NCBI RefSeq assembly: GCF_964355755.1
Contig: NC_092679.1
Coordinates: 24,287,432-24,351,431, forward strand
DNA from: Antedon mediterranea
Taxonomy: Eukaryota > Animalia > Echinodermata
Direction: 5' to 3'
DNA: 64,000 nucleotides
Shown: piece after piece, positions 1-12,200 of the stretch
How positions within the stretch are numbered: the stretch's first letter is position 1
How the letters are laid out: each line of letters opens with the position of its first letter
Notes under the pieces: generated by a model
Database searches by the model: none
Seen by the model: the letters and a program-made list of their open reading frames with translations, nothing else
Told to the model about the DNA's origin: nothing
Position numbers and translations under genes: made by a program

Positions 1-274
1 TTGAAATAAGTGTACGATAGAAAATAGTTATGATTTACGAGTATTATGACGAATTATCATGTGCTTTACTCAGTAGTAACTGATGTGCATGGTGGTCAGA
101 CCCTTACTTCTTAAAGGATTGAAAGATTTGTTGTATAAAAGCCATGTAAATCACACAGATGGTCTTAAAATGTTAGTGCATTGCAATAAGAAAGCGGGCA
201 TCTTTAGAGATCATTATTCTACTACAACTTGATCAAGGTTGTTGTCGATTTGGCAACCGAGAGAAAAAAAATCA

Positions 275-3200
275 ATGTCGCTCAAGGAAAACAATGTTTT
301 GATTTTCTTTTGCAATGGGCAAAAGGTAAGCTTTGTTCTTGATTATTGTTTGCAAAGTGTTTGTAGATTATTGAATCTTCTGTATCTTTATTTATTATTT
401 ATTTATTTATTTCTTTATTTATTGAATCTTTTGAGTGAGTGAGTTAAGACAGTGGAACCGTAATTACGTAGCCATAACATCGGCAGGGGTTCAAGGCACA
501 CTCACTCCATGGTTCTGGTGGTAGAACGAGTCTTCTCGGATAAGGACTATAAACCGTAGGTCCAGTGTACACATCTAGCTCGTGTGCACTTTAAAGAACC
601 TAGTACATCTTTCGAGAAGAGTAGGGGGTTACCCCGGTGTATTAGTACATCACAGCCACTGATCACCAACTGGGCCCTCTGGGAGACCAGTCTTTGACTG
701 AAGAGGTTACCCAGTATAAATATATATTTCAATCAATCAATTCAATCAATCAATACCAAACCATACACTATACCGATAGAAAGTTTCTTTAGTCTTTTTA
801 ATGAATCCAAAGGCTAATTACTGACAAATGATAATGTTGTGTGTATCTATGGGTGGATCACAATGGAGATAAAAATAAAATAGGCAAAACGATAAAAGTA
901 AAGCAATCAGATTGCAGATCTTTTGGGCAATCATTTTTAAATAATACATAGTGTTTTTAAATATTGTAATTAATTATTTTTATATGAAACGTTTTATATA
1001 TTTTTGTACTATATTTTGAAAAGCACTCAAAATATTTTCCTATGTGGACGAAATAAAGTTATCAATCAATCAATCAATCAATCAATCAGTGAGAGTGAGA
1101 GTACTTGAAGAAGATTAAGAACCTAGGGCAGACAAGCGCTGCCCGAGTGGATTGGAATAAAAGAAAGTAGAACAAAGGAGGCATACGCTGATGAATAGAT
1201 GATGGAGAGAGTAAACTTGGTAGTAGATATAAACAATTTTTGTGTTAATAATGAAACTTGAATTTAGGATGTCAGTGGAATATTTTTACCGAACTAGGAA
1301 TATGTTCCTAATGTTAATTTCAAAAGGTTTTGCAGTTTTAAATAGTAATTCCGAGTGTTTTTCTTTGTCTTTGCGCAATTCGACATCTAAAACTATTTTA
1401 TCATAAATCCAGGAAATGACAACAAAGTTGTTAAATGTGTAAATCATGTAACTTGTGATAGTGTGAAGATCTGCTTTATTGAATTGCAGAAAGGAAAGTT
1501 ATTACAAGTTTTATAATAAGAGTAATTGAATGAAGAACACACAGGTTTTGTGTTATTGTAGGAGATGACTCTTTTAGAAGCTACAACACTTAATATTAAA
1601 AACAGCCTATTAGAAATGAAAGAAAAATGGTGTATTCGGATGATGGGGCCATTCTAATAGGATTACATAAGAAATTGATATATTTATTAAGCGCAAATGA
1701 ACAGTTTATGCAGCTGTTTTAACAAGTCACACAGACGGTTTGATCTAATATACACTTACAGACAATTGGCGAACATCTTTTATTTTTTAGATCACAGACG
1801 ATAATGTGGACCCTAACTTGACCCTACTAAGTTACCTGCGTCTAAAATGTATCCTTTTAAACAACTTGACGGCTAATCATTTTGCATGGAAACAACAATG
1901 ACCAACTTAGCTTTGGAGTATTACAACAAAACATGTTCGTGTATGACTTGACGTACACCGATAAATAATAATAGACCAATTAACTGTCATACTTGATCGG
2001 CCTAGCTTGACTTTCTTTATTAAGCAATTAAGGTCAATTAAAATACATAAATATTAAAGATGTATTGTCCCTTGAAACACAAAAAATGAAGGTCAAAATA
2101 TTCTAAATTTAAATCGGCCATATCAAAGTAATATTAAAGTTGTTCACTTTAAGTCGAAAATTCGAGCCAAAAACAACAAGTTTACGTAATAAACAGGTAA
2201 ATTAATTTGATTACATTTCGTCTGGAAAATCGTCGCGAGCAAAAGTAAACAAAGATTTCAAACCACGAGTATGCATTATGCATGATGCTAATTAGGATTG
2301 TTTACAACTCGTCACGGTTGAGAAGGTATTTTCACACAGATCGCGAGGAAGTTTTATGATTATGCATACAGAGTAGCCAAACAAGAGCAATGCATTATGA
2401 GATATGTTTTTATCAAAAACTTTGACTGGAAGTCAAAGTTATTTTTTGAACAAAAAAACGTCTGTATTTCAATTAAATGATTTTTTTTTCGACTAATTTT
2501 TGGTGAAAGTTAATAACTATTATGATACTTCAAAATAACCCACTTTTTTTCGAAATCTTTTATTTTTTATTTTTTTGGAATTAGTCAAAGGGACAATACA
2601 TCTTTAAAATAAAACTTACGACGTTTGCGCAAAGGAACAAACCTTGACCACAAGGATAGCCAAGTTTGCTTATAAATACTACTCTATGAATAAATAAATA
2701 ATATAACCTATATGTACACATTGTTTGATACAATTGTCAGAAATCATGTGTGCGTGTCAGTATGTGTAATAAATTAATTTGATCACATTTATGATCTGAC
2801 GTACGTGTAAATAATGAATGTATCGAACTATCATGGAAATTATACATACTATCTAATATCTATCTAAATTTCCTTTCACCCCTTTCAATAGCATTTGCAC
2901 CATATGTTCGTTATATAATGACATTGCAATTTGCCACCGTGGATTTTCAACATTTACTAGATTCATTAAAAATAAATTTATATAAACTTTTGGTAGAGAA
3001 AAACATGTACTGATTTCAGTATAAATATATTGCACATTATTACTATCAAGCTTAACAAGACAATGTGTAGTAAGATTGACAGGTTCCAAACTTGGTTGTG
3101 GTGAAGGAGGTTGTGGTGCCTGCACTGTTATGATATCAAGCTATGATAGGCTGACTAAGAAAATAACGTAAGCTCATAATATAAACAACCACACCCAAAC

Positions 3201-6200
3201 TTCTAGGCTTAAACGGAATATATTTGTACAGTATCAGTTAAACATACATGAAAAGGAATATAGCAAATATGGCATACTTTGTAAAGCACAGAGGAACTCT
3301 AAATTCAAGATAGAAACATGGCATTGCCTCACAAAAAGCTATTTTCTTAAAATAACATGGGCTGGTTAATCATGAATTAATGCTTAATGGCAAAAATAGG
3401 TGGTCAAATATTACATGCTATTAATTAAGTATTACAGGCCATGTTGGATATGTATATACACACTGGCAATTATTAAAAATAATAAAATGTTTCCATTAAG
3501 CTGCTTTAAAATTGAATTATCTGTGTGGTATTTATTTTGACTATAGCCACATATCGGCGAATGCTTGCTTGACTCCCATATGTCAAGTACATATGATGGC
3601 AGTAACGACAGTTGAAGGTATTGGAAGCATAAAAGATGGCCTACACCCAGTTCAGGTAATATTTAAATTGCCTCAGACAAAATAATCAATAATAACAACA
3701 TTTTCTCAGTATAATAAGATTAAAAATACATTATATTTGTTCATAATCATTATAAGACTACAATCTGTGGCTTTAGATAGATATAAACATACAATTAAAT
3801 AATTTTAAATCTACACCAATAGAAATGCATGAGTTATAAAATCATACAAAATATACTTTACAATACAATATATAAATGTCATTTCATAAGGAACGTATTG
3901 CAAAAGCTCATGGATCTCAATGTGGTTTCTGTACTCCGGGTATAGTGATGTCAATGTACACTCTCCTGAGAAACAACCATCAACCAACAATGACAGACAT
4001 TGAGGATACCTTCCAGGGAAATCTGTGCAGATGTACTGGATATCGACCAATCTTAGAAGGTTATAGAACCTTTACAAAGGTAGAGATAGAGATAGTGATT
4101 GACGGTGTTACATTTTAAAGGACTTTCTTAAGTTAACAATTTTTAAATACTTTTCTGTGTATACCACTATAAAACAATGTTGCTAAGGACAAATAGTGAA
4201 CAATGTTGCTACGGACCAATAGTGAACAATGTTGCTAAGGACCAATAGTGAACTGATTAAATATAAATATTTATTAATATATTTATTCGATTGACATTGC
4301 ATAATACATCACATTGGCAGACAGCAATTGTTTAAACTTGCACTGTATCATAGTGTTCTTAATTATCATTAAGAACAAAAAACATTTTATCTTTTGTTCT
4401 TCTTCGGTTCTCTGTATTTTCGTTATTAGTATTAGTTTCTACAATTGTTTTATTATTTTCTTTCATTTTATCTGTTGTTCTAAATTAAATATTACATTTC
4501 GATGTGTGCCAAATCCAGCAAAATAATAATAAACACAGAGAAAAATTTAATCTAACCGAATTGTTTTAAGGATTATCAAAATGATGCGTTAGACGAATAC
4601 AAATCACAAGCTAACTGTTGCCAAATAAGGGATGATGTGAATAATGGAAACCATGTTAGATCGTCTAAAGATGAAGGGTTAAACGGTAGACAATGTTATC
4701 AAGTCAACTGTTGTCAAATGCAGGACGATTTAAAGAATCGAGAAGAACATTGTGTGAATTCTCAAAGTAATGGTAACAAATGCTGTATGATTTCAAATGG
4801 AAAGCGTCAGGTGAGTTGGAATGTTTAATAAACAATGTATTCTTTCATAATAACATGAACTATATACATATGTCAAGTTAAAACATTTCCAAATAATAAG
4901 CAACATTAATTTCTTCTTGAAAAGAAAAGTCCACCATAGTGTTTATATTCTCATTCAGCATGGAATAAAGACAACACTAGGAATAAAAACAACTGACCAG
5001 AACCACGCAGAAATATACCAGTAGTATTAGATATTAAAAAAGACATCAACTAAAAGAAAAATCGTCAAACATTACAAACATTACAAAAATATTGGACTCA
5101 AAATAGTAAGATTGTGTTAGTAGCAGAAAAAAAAGCTCAACAATAATGTACTTAAATCTAAAATCAATTAAAATATCGGAGCAAAATGGCGACGAAACAT
5201 AAGATTCATAAACAAAAACAGAAAGCAATCGCATGGTTAATAGAATAACTGCTATATTTTGTTTTTATTTTACAGATATCTACAAAACTTTTTCAACCTT
5301 CAGAATTCATGGAGTATGATCCCACACAAGAAAAGATTTTCCCACCAGAACTTATATTGGTACATTGATCTCACAATAATAATAATAATAATTTAAAAAC
5401 AATATTTGTATCAGTACATATTTTATGTTATCTAAATTATATCGACGTATTATAATTATGGAACATTCATTGATCCCAAGACTTGGAACTTTTAGTAAAT
5501 GGATTATAATCGCTTAATTGTCCTTAATTTACCAAAACTATTTTGTTATTTTAAAGCATCTTATTTTACCAATATACAGTATGTGTTATTATTGTGTGTT
5601 GTCACATATAGATGCTTGAAAAAGAAGAACCAAAACTTGTAAAGTTTGAAAGAAATGGTTTGACATGGATTAGGCCGGTAAATCTTCTTCAACTCTCTGC
5701 CGTCAGAAATAACTTTCCGAATTCAAAACTAGTTTCAGGAAACACCGAAATTGGTATGTACAGTCTAATGTGTACAGTGTACAAAATAACAACAAATATC
5801 ACAATCTTTTCTAAATCAGATAACCTCCTAATTCTGCTATGACTTTCTTTCTTTAGGTGTTGATGTAAAATTAAAGAAAATGCAATACCCGGTACTAGTA
5901 TCAGTATCACACGTGACAGAGTTGAACAACATTTATTTATGCGAGACAGGTGTAAGTATTGGAGCTTCAGTAACTCTGTCTCGAATTGAAGATTTTTTAA
6001 AAGAGAACATGGACAAGCTTCCTGGTAAGATAACAAGATTAGGAGCAAGAAGATCCTCGGTCGTTTTAATTGAGTTGTTTCCTAGTCAGTTTAGTTACTG
6101 TTTTTTTTTTGTTCTGGACCCTCCAGTTTCTATTATTAAGAGGCGCCCTTTGATTTGAAGGGTAACATGGACTTCCGCTTTCTCTCTTTTTCTAGAACCA

Positions 6201-9200
6201 CAGGGAAAATTTAATTTTTCATTTTTCTGCTTGAACATGTCACTTGTTATTCACAGCCTTTCGAGACTTTTTGTTAATGAAACATAGTTCATGACGTTTG
6301 TCAAAAATTTTATTGGAAATTTAGCTGGTTAATTTCTAATTTTTTTCATCAGATTTCCAATGTAAAAGTTTTGCCGCAATTGTCGATATGCTTCACTGGT
6401 TTGCAGGTCAGCAAATAAGAAACGTTGCGGTAAGATTTCATATTTCTCTTTTATAACAGCATTATGTATATGATTATCTATTATTATTATTATCATTTAT
6501 TACGGAACATTATAAGACAAAGCGTTGTCGAATTCAGAAAGATGAAATGTATTTAATTATATTAAAATGGTTATCAGCTCGGTACTGAACGTAGACCTAA
6601 CCCCTGTCGATTACACAGCTAAATAATCAACCTAACTCAGGAATAACCGAAAACTAAATTATTGTTGTTATTATTATCAACTGAGACAAATCGACAAGGA
6701 CCCAATTGAGTGGTTCCGAATCTCCCGTCTCTTTCCAAAATCAATCGTAATCAATTTCAAATTTCTTATTCAGGGTATTGGTGGAAATATAATTACTGGT
6801 AGTCCAATATCTGATCTAAATCCAATACTGATGGCTGCTGGATGCACTCTTGATTTTGCAGATACAAAAGGTACATGTAAGCCATAATTAATCAATGTTA
6901 TGATCCCAACAGTTATGTAAACATAAAGTCATGATCGAGTAGAGTAATTATGCTGAAGTAGAATTAAACGTTTTCGTAAAATAATAATATATTATAACTG
7001 TTTTTAAATTTCAATACAGGTGTTCATCGTTCATTACCAATTGCTGAGCAATTCTATACTGGTTACAGGAAAAATGCAATGAAAGCAAATGAAACTCTTA
7101 TATCAATAAATATTCCATATACAAAAAAGGTAACATAAACGTTGGTATTACGTTGAGGACACAAACAACAATATAATGGCCAACGAGCTCAAGTAGTTTA
7201 AAAACAAAATAAACTTATATGACTTTACGTTTATAAACCTATTTACTGAATGGTAAAACCCTGTTAGAAGACATGTTCAAAAATTCATTAAGTGTCCTTT
7301 CAAAGGGTTGACCCCGTGGGCACGTTTCTACTTAGTTGTCCGAAAGGAGGGGTCATTCTTTACATACTATATTTTGAAAGTTTTTGTCGAAATAATGTTT
7401 CCTTGATCGTTGAATCAAATTGTAGATGGAGGAAAATAATGGAGAAGAATGGTATTGTCCTAATAGTTGACATGAAATTTAATTAATTTAGTTATACACA
7501 GACGCCATATTAAAGCGTTATAAAGAAACTAGTTTTGTTGAAACACTAATTTGTTTACTGACTGATCTTTTAAATGCAGACGGAACACTTCAAAGCATTT
7601 AAGCAAGCACATCGTCGTGATGACGACATAGCAATAGTAAATGCTGCATTCAGAGTTGATCTACATGATGAAGTTGTTCATGACTCTTCAATGGCTTTTG
7701 GAGGAATGGCGCCCACAACAAAGATGGCAAAGCAAACCATGAACAAGATAATTGGAAGGTATACCGAGAGTACAAGATGTGAACATTTGCAACTAAGGGT
7801 GATTCTTCCGTAAGCAGACACAAAGATCTGTAAAATGTCTATGCTAACTTTCTTTTATATTCTCTCCTGTTTGTCTTCAGGCATTGGGATAAGTCGTTAC
7901 TTGATGATGTCATTGTTTCGCTTGCCAATGAGATGACTCTCGCACCTGGCGCGCCAGGTGGAATGACTGAATACAGACAGTCACTTGTTCTAAGTTTCTT
8001 CTTTAAGTTTTACCTCAGTATCAATCAAGAAACATGTAATAAGGTAACAGTCGTTTGTATTTATTGAAAAAAAAAACTATTATTATTAATTAAGTGAATT
8101 TAATAAAATAACTAAAATAATAATAAAGTCTATTCTATCTAAAAACCTCCAACTTTATAAATAATAACATACAGTATCGGATGCATTTTCATAACATGCT
8201 CTTGATTCTCTAAATCAATTAATGTTTATGATAATATATAGAACATTCCAAAAGTATCACCATCTGACACGTCAGCAACGTTTCCATTCAAAAGAGATGA
8301 AGTAAAAAGCACTCAGATGTTTCAGGTATTTACTTTATTAAGTACTACTAAAGCCGTATAACTTGATTTATGTCACACACGGATGTGAATTGTTAAGAAT
8401 AGTTAGAATAATTAGATTCTAAATTTAAATGAGGATTGGAAATGGGATAAAACTATGGCGGTCCGCCACACTGAAGATTCCACACATAAATCACACTAAA
8501 TAATTCAAAATTTCTATAGCATATTTCATTCATTTTCACAAAATATGAATCGAGTATGACGATTCTATGAACTTTTTTCTTTCAGGAGATTGCTAACGAT
8601 CAGTCACCAATTGATCCAGTAGGTAGACCGTTGGTTCACCTATCAGCTTATCAGCAGGCTACAGGCGAGGCTGTCTACGTTGATGATATTGTTGCTTTCC
8701 AAAGTAAGACTCGACTCCAATAATTTCAAAATGAACGTAGCTATACTTAGGCTTTGTTTTCAAGTAGAAGTAGAACACTTTTTTTTATTGAAATCCTAGA
8801 ATATTGGATGATTGTTTATTACAATATTATGTTGGTACATAATATTGTAATAAACAAATAAATATAACAAAAATTTATTTGATTCTTTTTTGATAGATGA
8901 ACTTTACATGGCTGTTGTGTTAAGTAAGAAGGCACTTGCAAAAATAAAGTAAGGGTTTAAAAAAAATATATAATACATTTTAATTACAGTATATTGGCTA
9001 AGCAGAGCCTCTTACGATTCAACATTATGTTTAGTTATGTCACATGACCTTTAATGCCAAAAAGTATCGTCCTTTATTATGTACGTTTGTAAATATATTT
9101 TTGATTACTCTACATTTACAAAGCAACTACTAAGTACAGCTATAGAATCTTGACAGTTTCTATTCTCATGTATAATCTCTGTGTACATTATCGAATTGTA

Positions 9201-12200
9201 TGCGACAAAAAATATCACTACCATACTTGGACACATCACAATTTTTGTCAAACTAATCTGATTAGTAGACAGAGCAACGCTACCGGGAAAGCTTCTAGAA
9301 CAATTCTTTAGTGTTTCATTCGTAAAATGTACTTCTCAATTTAATAGATATGTTGATGCTACATCGGCATTGAGCATGCGTGGTGTGCATGCTTTTATTG
9401 ATCACAAAGACGTCCCTGGAAGTAACTTGATAGGTGAAATCGAACAAGATGAAGAACTTTTTGCAACTGATAAGGTAAACTTGTGTTGTTGCTTTACATT
9501 TCGTATCCTTTCAACTCAATTAATTCGATGTTCTACTTGATGAAGCCAGCCCATATCACTATACAATTCATGTACTTTTTAAAATCAAGTTTACAATGTG
9601 AATATTATCAATTCTTATTCCATTATGATAAGGTAACTTGTGTTGGTCAGTACATTGGGGCAATTGTGGCAGATAATCAGGAAATTGCACAAAGAGCCGC
9701 TAGGATGGTGCGCGTAGAGTACCAGGATTTGGAGCCTATACTATCTATCAAAGTATGTAACTTATTAATTATGCTTGACAATTTTCAGTCAATAATTTCA
9801 ACAAATGATTCAAATTATAAATTGTATTCAACGCAAAAGATACCGCATGGCACATTCAAGGAAAAACTTTTAAAACATATATTTAACTTTTCAGGATGCA
9901 ATAGCAAAAGAAAGTTATTTTAAACCAATATACAGGCTAGAAAAAGGTAACGTGACAAACGGGTTTGAAAGCTCAGACAAGATGATTGAGGGTGAAATGA
10001 GAATAGGTGAACAGGAACATTTCTATTTGGAGACACAATCATGCATCGCAGTACCGAAGCAAGAAGAAGATTTTATGGAAGTATTTTCGGCCACTCAGGA
10101 TCTGCAGTTAGCCCAGGTAAAATACACTTATATAAACTAGTTTTATATTAACAGTATATGTAGTATTTGAGTCAGTTATGAATAGATCTAAGGTATATAT
10201 ATATATTTTTCTGCCGCTCAGGATCTTTACTTATCCCAGGTATACTTATAAATTGAGTATACACCGTGTTTGAATTATTATTCACACAATGATTATGATA
10301 CTTCATATTAACATCATATATTAATGATAATTATGTATATATAATTACAGACTACAATTGCTAATGTCTTGGGTGTGAAATATCACAAAGTTAATATTCG
10401 AACAAAAAGACTTGGAGGTGGCTTTGGTGGAAAAGAAACTCGAAGTTGTAACTTATCTGCTGCTCTCGCTGTTGCAGCCAGAAGGTAATGTAGTGCTGAT
10501 TAAATGATGAATTAACTAATGAATATTAAATGAAACAATGTCACAATTACATATTATATTAATTGTTATACTTAGAGTTGGACGACCATTGAGGTGTATG
10601 CTTGACCGAGACGAGGACATGGCCAGTACAGGAACCAGGCACGCATTTCTCGGACGTTATAAAGTGGGTTTCTCCAATGATGGCAAAATACAATCACTAA
10701 AGATTTGCTTGTACAGTAACTCAGGGAATGCTTTGGATCTATCCGCATCGGTATGCTAATTATAATGTTTTCTTGCTTTAATACTTTTGGTTTAAAGTGG
10801 GTCTCAATTCAACTAATAAAATATGGAACGTAAAGTTCAACCAAGTTGCACAGAGTTTGCGTGAGATACCAGTTTGACTTGGGACATACTTGACTTGGGA
10901 CCGAGTTGAATAGAACTAAGTTGGAACAAATTTATGTTAACAAATATCATTTATCTTTCATTTTCAGAATCAGTAGCTAATCATTGTATTTTTCATTTTG
11001 TTTCTCTCTTAGGTAATGGAATGTGCTTTGTTTCACTTGCAAAATGCTTATCACCTTCCTAATGTGGATGCTTATGGATATTGCTGTAAGACAAACATAC
11101 CGTCCAACACAGCCTTTAGAGGATTTGGACGTCCACAAGCATTTCTGATTATGGAAAACTTGATGAGTGAAATATCATTTTCGTGTGGGATGACTAAGAA
11201 TATGGTATGTTTTAAACTGTCAATAGTTTGTTTGATGAATTATCATCCGAATCACGTACTTGTTTGATCATTTCTATTAGGCTATTTAAGAAAATAATCT
11301 TTGTATAGGCCTTAACACATGATTGTGTCTCCTGTTCACCTATTTTCATTTCGCTCTCAATTATCTTGTCTGAACTTTCAAACCCATATGTCACATTACC
11401 ATTTCCCAACCTGGTTTAAAATAACCTTACCAAATGTTGTATCTTTTTTCTCCTTAATGTCAGTCAACAAATTGTTCCCCACGTATAACTGTTCTACTTC
11501 TAAACCAAATCAATTGTAGCTTTTCATGAATATGAGAGTTCATATTTTTATGTAAGCAAGATGTTTTTTTTTTCAGATACGAGAGTTAAACTTTCTTCAA
11601 GTAGGACAATCGACATATTACAATCAAAAGATTGACGAAGTACACTTGTTGAAGAGGTGTTGGGATGAATGCTTAGAGAAAAGTGATTACGAAGTCAGGC
11701 AATCAAAAGTAGCTGAATTCAACAGGTTAGATTTTGTATTTCTTCCATACATTTTTACTTTAAATCACAAACGATATCGACTTTCTTGATATAAAGTTTG
11801 CAGTACACCACGTCTATTAGTTTTGAAAAGAAATGTTATCGTCCTCATGAGTGAGTATTTTATCGTCCTCATGAGTGAGTATTTTATCGTCCTCATGAGT
11901 GAGTATTTTATCGTCCTCATGAGTGAGTACAGTATGTTATCGTCCTCATGAGTGAGTATTTTATCGTCCTCATGAGTGAGTATTTTCATAAATATTAAAT
12001 GTATAAATAAATATTCATGTTTTATTACATTAACAGATTACACAGATGGAAAAAGAGAGGTTTATCTATAATTCCACTATTATATGGAGTTGGTTTTACT
12101 GAAGTGTTTATGAATAAGGTTTGTCTATCATTCATCACTTTCTATACTCTGTATTAAGTTAAGTAAAACGTTTAAGTGACATTTTTTATTTTACAATTAA

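Noticed and set aside
3811-6048. Minus-strand ORFs overlapping XDH exons (also 26943, 30191, 41793, 48401, 54457)
   Set aside because: Antisense shadows of coding exons with no independent gene structure.
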